This document shows positions 60,019 through 64,000 of a stretch of DNA of 64,000 nt, one piece after another. A program made the translations under genes and the position numbers. The notes below the pieces were generated by a model that was not told the DNA's origin, ran no database searches, and worked only from the letters and a program-made list of their open reading frames with translations. The stretch lies in NCBI GenBank assembly GCA_964453185.1, contig CAYVNN010000002.1:340444-404443 (forward strand), in the 5' to 3' direction. The stretch's first letter is position 1. The number at the start of each line of letters is the position of its first letter. The DNA comes from an uncultured Methanosarcinales archaeon (GTDB taxonomy: Archaea; Nanobdellota; Nanobdellia; Woesearchaeales; DSVV01).

Positions 60019-60428
60019 TTATAGTTTATTTTTAATAATTTTTCTTAATTTTAAAATAGTTTCTTTAATAGGATCTACTTTTCTTTTAATGAAATCTGCT
60101 TCAACAAAAAATCCGTCATATGCAATTTTATTTCTTGTTATTCTTAGGTCATCAATTAATGTAATTTCATAATCAGTAAATTCCTTATAATTGGTTCAAA
60201 TATTCTATTAATTTTTTATGTGCTCCTTCTCCATATGTTTTGTAACCATCAAGTAAAAGAACAACACTAATTAATTCTCTAATTAAATCATAATATTCTT
60301 TTGTAATATTAGAAACTAAACTTATTGATATCAATGTCTTTTATCATCTCTATTGTTGTCTCTGCCATCTTTAAGATAGAGTTTGCTTTTTCTTTATTTG
60401 GTGTTATCTTAATTAAGTTTCCTTCCAT
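60019..60428 (-). pseudogene. HEPN-domain toxin pseudogene (two frameshifts)
   Basis: MEGNLIKITPNKEKA... / SNITKEYYDLIRELI...GEGAHKKLIEYL / NYKEF...DDLRITRNKIAYDG lie in three different frames. The start overlaps the MNT stop codon. Confidence 0.8.
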
Positions 60429-60967
60429 TATTTTGTCCTCAGATATCCTCTTAATTTATCTCCATTTATTATATTGTTTTTTAATTCTTTACTTAATTTG
60501 TTAAAATTTGTTTCAAAAAATAAATTAATTTTTCTTTTTAATTCTTTTTCATATTTTTTTAAATTTAATTCTTTTTCTTTGCTTTGCATATATATGTCAA
60601 TATCACTTGTTTTAATGTCTTCTCCTTTTGAAGCAGAACCAAATAATATAATTGTATCTGGCATACATTTATTATAAAGAAAATCCAAAAGACCTATTTC
60701 TTTAATTCTTTTAATAAGATTTAACTTTTTAAGAAATCTAAAATATTCATTATCTCTATTTGCATAATAGATGGGGTATTTATGTATTCTATGTTCTTTT
60801 TTTAGTATTAAATTCTCATTCTCAAGTTCTTCTAAATATATTTTGACTGATTTTGGAGCAAGTTCAATTGTTCTACTTAATTCTCTAAGTTGAAATCCTA
60901 TTCCTTCAGGTATTGGATTATCAAAGAATACTTCTAGTAATTTGGTTCTGTTATCTTTTTTTAACAT
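60428..60967 (-). CDS. HTH + minimal nucleotidyltransferase (MNT antitoxin)
   Basis: N-terminal wHTH; ILFGSASKGED...SDIDI. Confidence 0.9.
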   Translation of the reverse strand: MLKKDNRTKLLEVFFDNPIPEGIGFQLRELSRTIELAPKSVKIYLEELENENLILKKEHRIHKYPIYYANRDNEYFRFLKKLNLIKRIKEIGLLDFLYNKCMPDTIILFGSASKGEDIKTSDIDIYMQSKEKELNLKKYEKELKRKINLFFETNFNKLSKELKNNIINGDKLRGYLRTK

Positions 60968-61045
60968 ATGTAATAATATTATTACAACTGATATATAAAT
61001 ATTACTATTTTTCTTTATTTAAAATTATAATTAATTAAGAAAAAA

Positions 61046-64000
61046 TTAAGGTGTTCCTGCTCCTGGTCCACTTGTTCCTGGAACTGGTCCTCCTGTACTT
61101 GGATCAGGTAATACTGGGAATGGTACACTACCGCTGTCTCCACCACCAACTAAAGTACCTAATGGGAGTCCAACTGCAAGTCCTGCTCCAAATCCAATCA
61201 ATCCTGCTCTTCCTGCATTTTGACTTGTTCTAATAGGAACTAATAAACTATCAAGTGTATCTGCTTCTGTAATTCGTCCATCTCTATTTAAGTCATCAGG
61301 TCCTGCAACTCCGTCTAAATCAACAAAGAAACTACTTTGTGATTCTGGATTTCCGTCGACACATGTTCCTTCATTAAATAATCTGACTCTTGCAGCAAGT
61401 TCATTTGCTTCTGCTTGTTGGAATGGTCCTGAATGTTCATTATTTCTTCTGAACTCAACTTCTCTTGCAACATTTTGATCATCACCATCTCCTTCTGAAT
61501 CAGGCATGTACATTGTCATTAAATTACTATCTCTTGTTCCAACATCTCTACCATTAAAGATATGATCTCCTTCCCAATCACCAATTTGGTCATTGTCAAG
61601 GAAATATTGGTTTGATCCAATCTTTCCATCATTTAGGAAAGCTGGTTTTGTTAGATTATATTCATAATGATCTCCTGTAGCATAACTATCTCTACTTCCG
61701 TGGTATAAATCAACTACTCCAATTACATTATTGTCTGTAATAAAATCTTGATCAAATTCAACTCTTAAATCATCTCTATGTCTTATGTGACTTAAGTCAA
61801 CATTATAAGGTTCTGTTCCTAAATCTTGAGCAGCCTCTGTAATTGTTGTATCACTATGTATAAATGGAACACAAGCTCTTTGACTAATAAAGTGTAAATC
61901 ATCAGCACCTAATACAACAGCACCTTCTATTGGTAATGGTTGAACAGGATCAATAGGTATACTTGGTCCTGATCCAGGAGGTGTAATTGGTCCCGGATCT
62001 GCGGCTCCACCTAAAACAGTATAATTAATTGTATTTGATTGTCCTATGTTTCCTTTAGCATCATAGATTAACATTTGTACAGAATGTTCTCCTGGTGTAA
62101 AATAACTTGTATCAATTGCTCTGCTACTTTGTTCAAGTCCACTAGGTGTGGTTAAATTAAATACTCTTTCACCTGTGTCTTCTAGACCATTATTATTAAA
62201 GTCAAGAATTCCTCTTAACATATCTCCGTCAGTATCAGCAACTCTATAATTAAGATTAATCATATCTCCTGCTGAAAATTCGTTAGTATCAAATGAAATA
62301 TGTCCATCAGGTGAATATCCAACTAGACTTGCACATGGTGGTGTTGTAGGTACTCCTGTACTTGGTCCATGTCCGTGACTTGGAGGAACATATCCACTAC
62401 TTCCACCACAATCTGTTGCACTATGATCTAATGCATATTGTGCACTCATTCTTGGAACATTGTCTCCTGTAATAGAAGCTAATGCACCTAGTTTCCAGTT
62501 TTCTCCAGCTTCAATGTATCCATCGCCATCTCCACCTTCACAAATAACTTTTTCCCATGTAATTTGGATATTATCATGATTATTTTTAATAAAATCAGCA
62601 CTGTCTCCAAAGTCAAACTTACCATCATTTATTTCAAATGCTAAGTCTAATGTTGGATCATTAAAGTTTTGTCCTCTGCCATTTTCATAGTACTCTACTC
62701 TAATTAATGTATTATTATCTAATGCATCTGTTCCTGCTGTATAATTAGGACCTCCTTCTGGACATGCATGTCCATGGTCATCAGTAAATGAATTAATATG
62801 TCCGCCACTAAAGTCAGAATCTAAAGCTAATGCTCTTTCATGACCTGGTTCTGCAAAATTTAATGTGCAGTGATGATAAAATACCTCATCAATATTTGCA
62901 TCTTTAATGCTATGTGTTTTTATAATATCATCAATATCTCCAATTCCTCCTGGACTAGTTGGTCTTGGATCACTTCCAGAATCATCAATACATTGTCCAC
63001 TATCACAAGGTGAAGGTGTAAATGGTCCTGGTCTACTGTCATCATCACCTATCCATGAAGGTAACCATTTTCCTTTGATCTTTGGATCTTGTTCAATTTT
63101 AAATCCATTTGCAGCCCATGCTCCTGTTGCATAACCTGTCGCACCAGCTACAACTACATTACCAAATAATTTTGAAATTTCTTTTGTGATATACCATGAA
63201 CTTTCTCTTAAATTTCTATTGTGACTTACTCCGTCGTGTTCTCCTGAGACTTCTTTCTTATGTTTATGTTCAATAACTTTATCAGAAGCTAATTCTTTTG
63301 TATAATCTAATAATCCTTCAGCTAACAATGCTCCTGTAATTAATCCTGGTCCAAAGATTGCTGTTAATGGTGCTAATCCACCTAATCTTGCTCCAAGTTT
63401 AGCAGCTCTTCTATTTCCTCTCTTAGAAAATTCTCCACCTATTTTTGAACCAATATAAGAACCAACTGTACCTGCTGCTTTATATGTAACATAAGTCATA
63501 CCAACTCCTGCTAATACTGTAAATACTGGTGCTGCTCCAACTCCTGCTCCAATTGTTGAACCTACTGCAACCGCTGCTTTACCTAATATTCCTACACCAG
63601 ATAATGCTTTACCTGCAGCTCCACCATAGATTAATACATTTTTGATTGTTCTTCCAAATAGTGCACTATTTGTTCCTCTAACATATTCTGTTAAATCAAC
63701 AAGTTTGTTAAGTGTTTTTCTTTCTCCTATAATTTGTGTTTCAACGTTTTCAACTGTATCTTCTAATGTAGAATAATTTTCAGCAACAATTTTTGTAACT
63801 GCTCCTTTTGCTACTTTATATTCCATGTCGTCAACAATTCTTGCAGTTTCTTGTGTAGTTAAACCAATTGTTGCTTTTGCTTTTCTTTGAGATAATGCGT
63901 CTCCTCTTCTGCCCATTGCAGTTTCATAAACTGTTTCAAATGTTAATTCTTCGACTTCACAACCATAAACTGCATTACAATCTGCAGCTAAATTATATCT
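61046..64000 (-). CDS. Very large protein with Gly/Ala-rich hydrophobic region and C-terminal TM + Pro/Gly tail (5' end outside the window)
   Basis: The frame stays open from 63916 to 64000 (RYNLAADCNAVYG...). Tail GGPVPGTSGPGAGTP. Confidence 0.8.
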   Translation of the reverse strand, partial: RYNLAADCNAVYGCEVEELTFETVYETAMGRRGDALSQRKAKATIGLTTQETARIVDDMEYKVAKGAVTKIVAENYSTLEDTVENVETQIIGERKTLNKLVDLTEYVRGTNSALFGRTIKNVLIYGGAAGKALSGVGILGKAAVAVGSTIGAGVGAAPVFTVLAGVGMTYVTYKAAGTVGSYIGSKIGGEFSKRGNRRAAKLGARLGGLAPLTAIFGPGLITGALLAEGLLDYTKELASDKVIEHKHKKEVSGEHDGVSHNRNLRESSWYITKEISKLFGNVVVAGATGYATGAWAANGFKIEQDPKIKGKWLPSWIGDDDSRPGPFTPSPCDSGQCIDDSGSDPRPTSPGGIGDIDDIIKTHSIKDANIDEVFYHHCTLNFAEPGHERALALDSDFSGGHINSFTDDHGHACPEGGPNYTAGTDALDNNTLIRVEYYENGRGQNFNDPTLDLAFEINDGKFDFGDSADFIKNNHDNIQITWEKVICEGGDGDGYIEAGENWKLGALASITGDNVPRMSAQYALDHSATDCGGSSGYVPPSHGHGPSTGVPTTPPCASLVGYSPDGHISFDTNEFSAGDMINLNYRVADTDGDMLRGILDFNNNGLEDTGERVFNLTTPSGLEQSSRAIDTSYFTPGEHSVQMLIYDAKGNIGQSNTINYTVLGGAADPGPITPPGSGPSIPIDPVQPLPIEGAVVLGADDLHFISQRACVPFIHSDTTITEAAQDLGTEPYNVDLSHIRHRDDLRVEFDQDFITDNNVIGVVDLYHGSRDSYATGDHYEYNLTKPAFLNDGKIGSNQYFLDNDQIGDWEGDHIFNGRDVGTRDSNLMTMYMPDSEGDGDDQNVAREVEFRRNNEHSGPFQQAEANELAARVRLFNEGTCVDGNPESQSSFFVDLDGVAGPDDLNRDGRITEADTLDSLLVPIRTSQNAGRAGLIGFGAGLAVGLPLGTLVGGGDSGSVPFPVLPDPSTGGPVPGTSGPGAGTP

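Overview
This is an AT-rich archaeal chromosomal segment. The gene content points to DPANN, probably Woesearchaeota-like, which is an inference from archaeal r-proteins with charged tails, AglB, class III signal-peptide proteins, GGTGA Shine-Dalgarno sites and intron-containing tRNAs. From left to right the window holds: the 5' part of the S10-like ribosomal protein operon; a radical SAM gene; tRNA-Arg(TCT) with a D-loop intron; hypothetical and HTH genes next to an origin-like array of 10-bp palindromes; a LysW-dependent lysine/ornithine operon (lysW-X-Y-[Ntn hydrolase]-Z-J, with no lysK); a glmM/suhB/glmU/HAD/glmS block; asnB plus a PvcA/Dit1-like gene; a short Rqc2/NFACT gene; aglB; PIN-PhoH; pilin-like genes; a free-standing LAGLIDADG endonuclease overlapping a two-intron tRNA-Trp; large acidic surface proteins; and an MNT gene with a HEPN pseudogene. 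Four signals stand out. (1) A family of roughly 75-120 nt hairpin elements with compensatory base changes sits in four of the intergenic positions of the lys operon and recurs elsewhere. (2) A second hairpin family is inserted at gene 3' ends with 16-bp and 75-bp duplications. (3) A class II glutamine amidotransferase-fold hydrolase may replace LysK. (4) Two otherwise dissimilar large proteins share a C-terminal TM + GGPxPGTSGPG tail. All calls come from reading the sequence; no database search or folding program was run.
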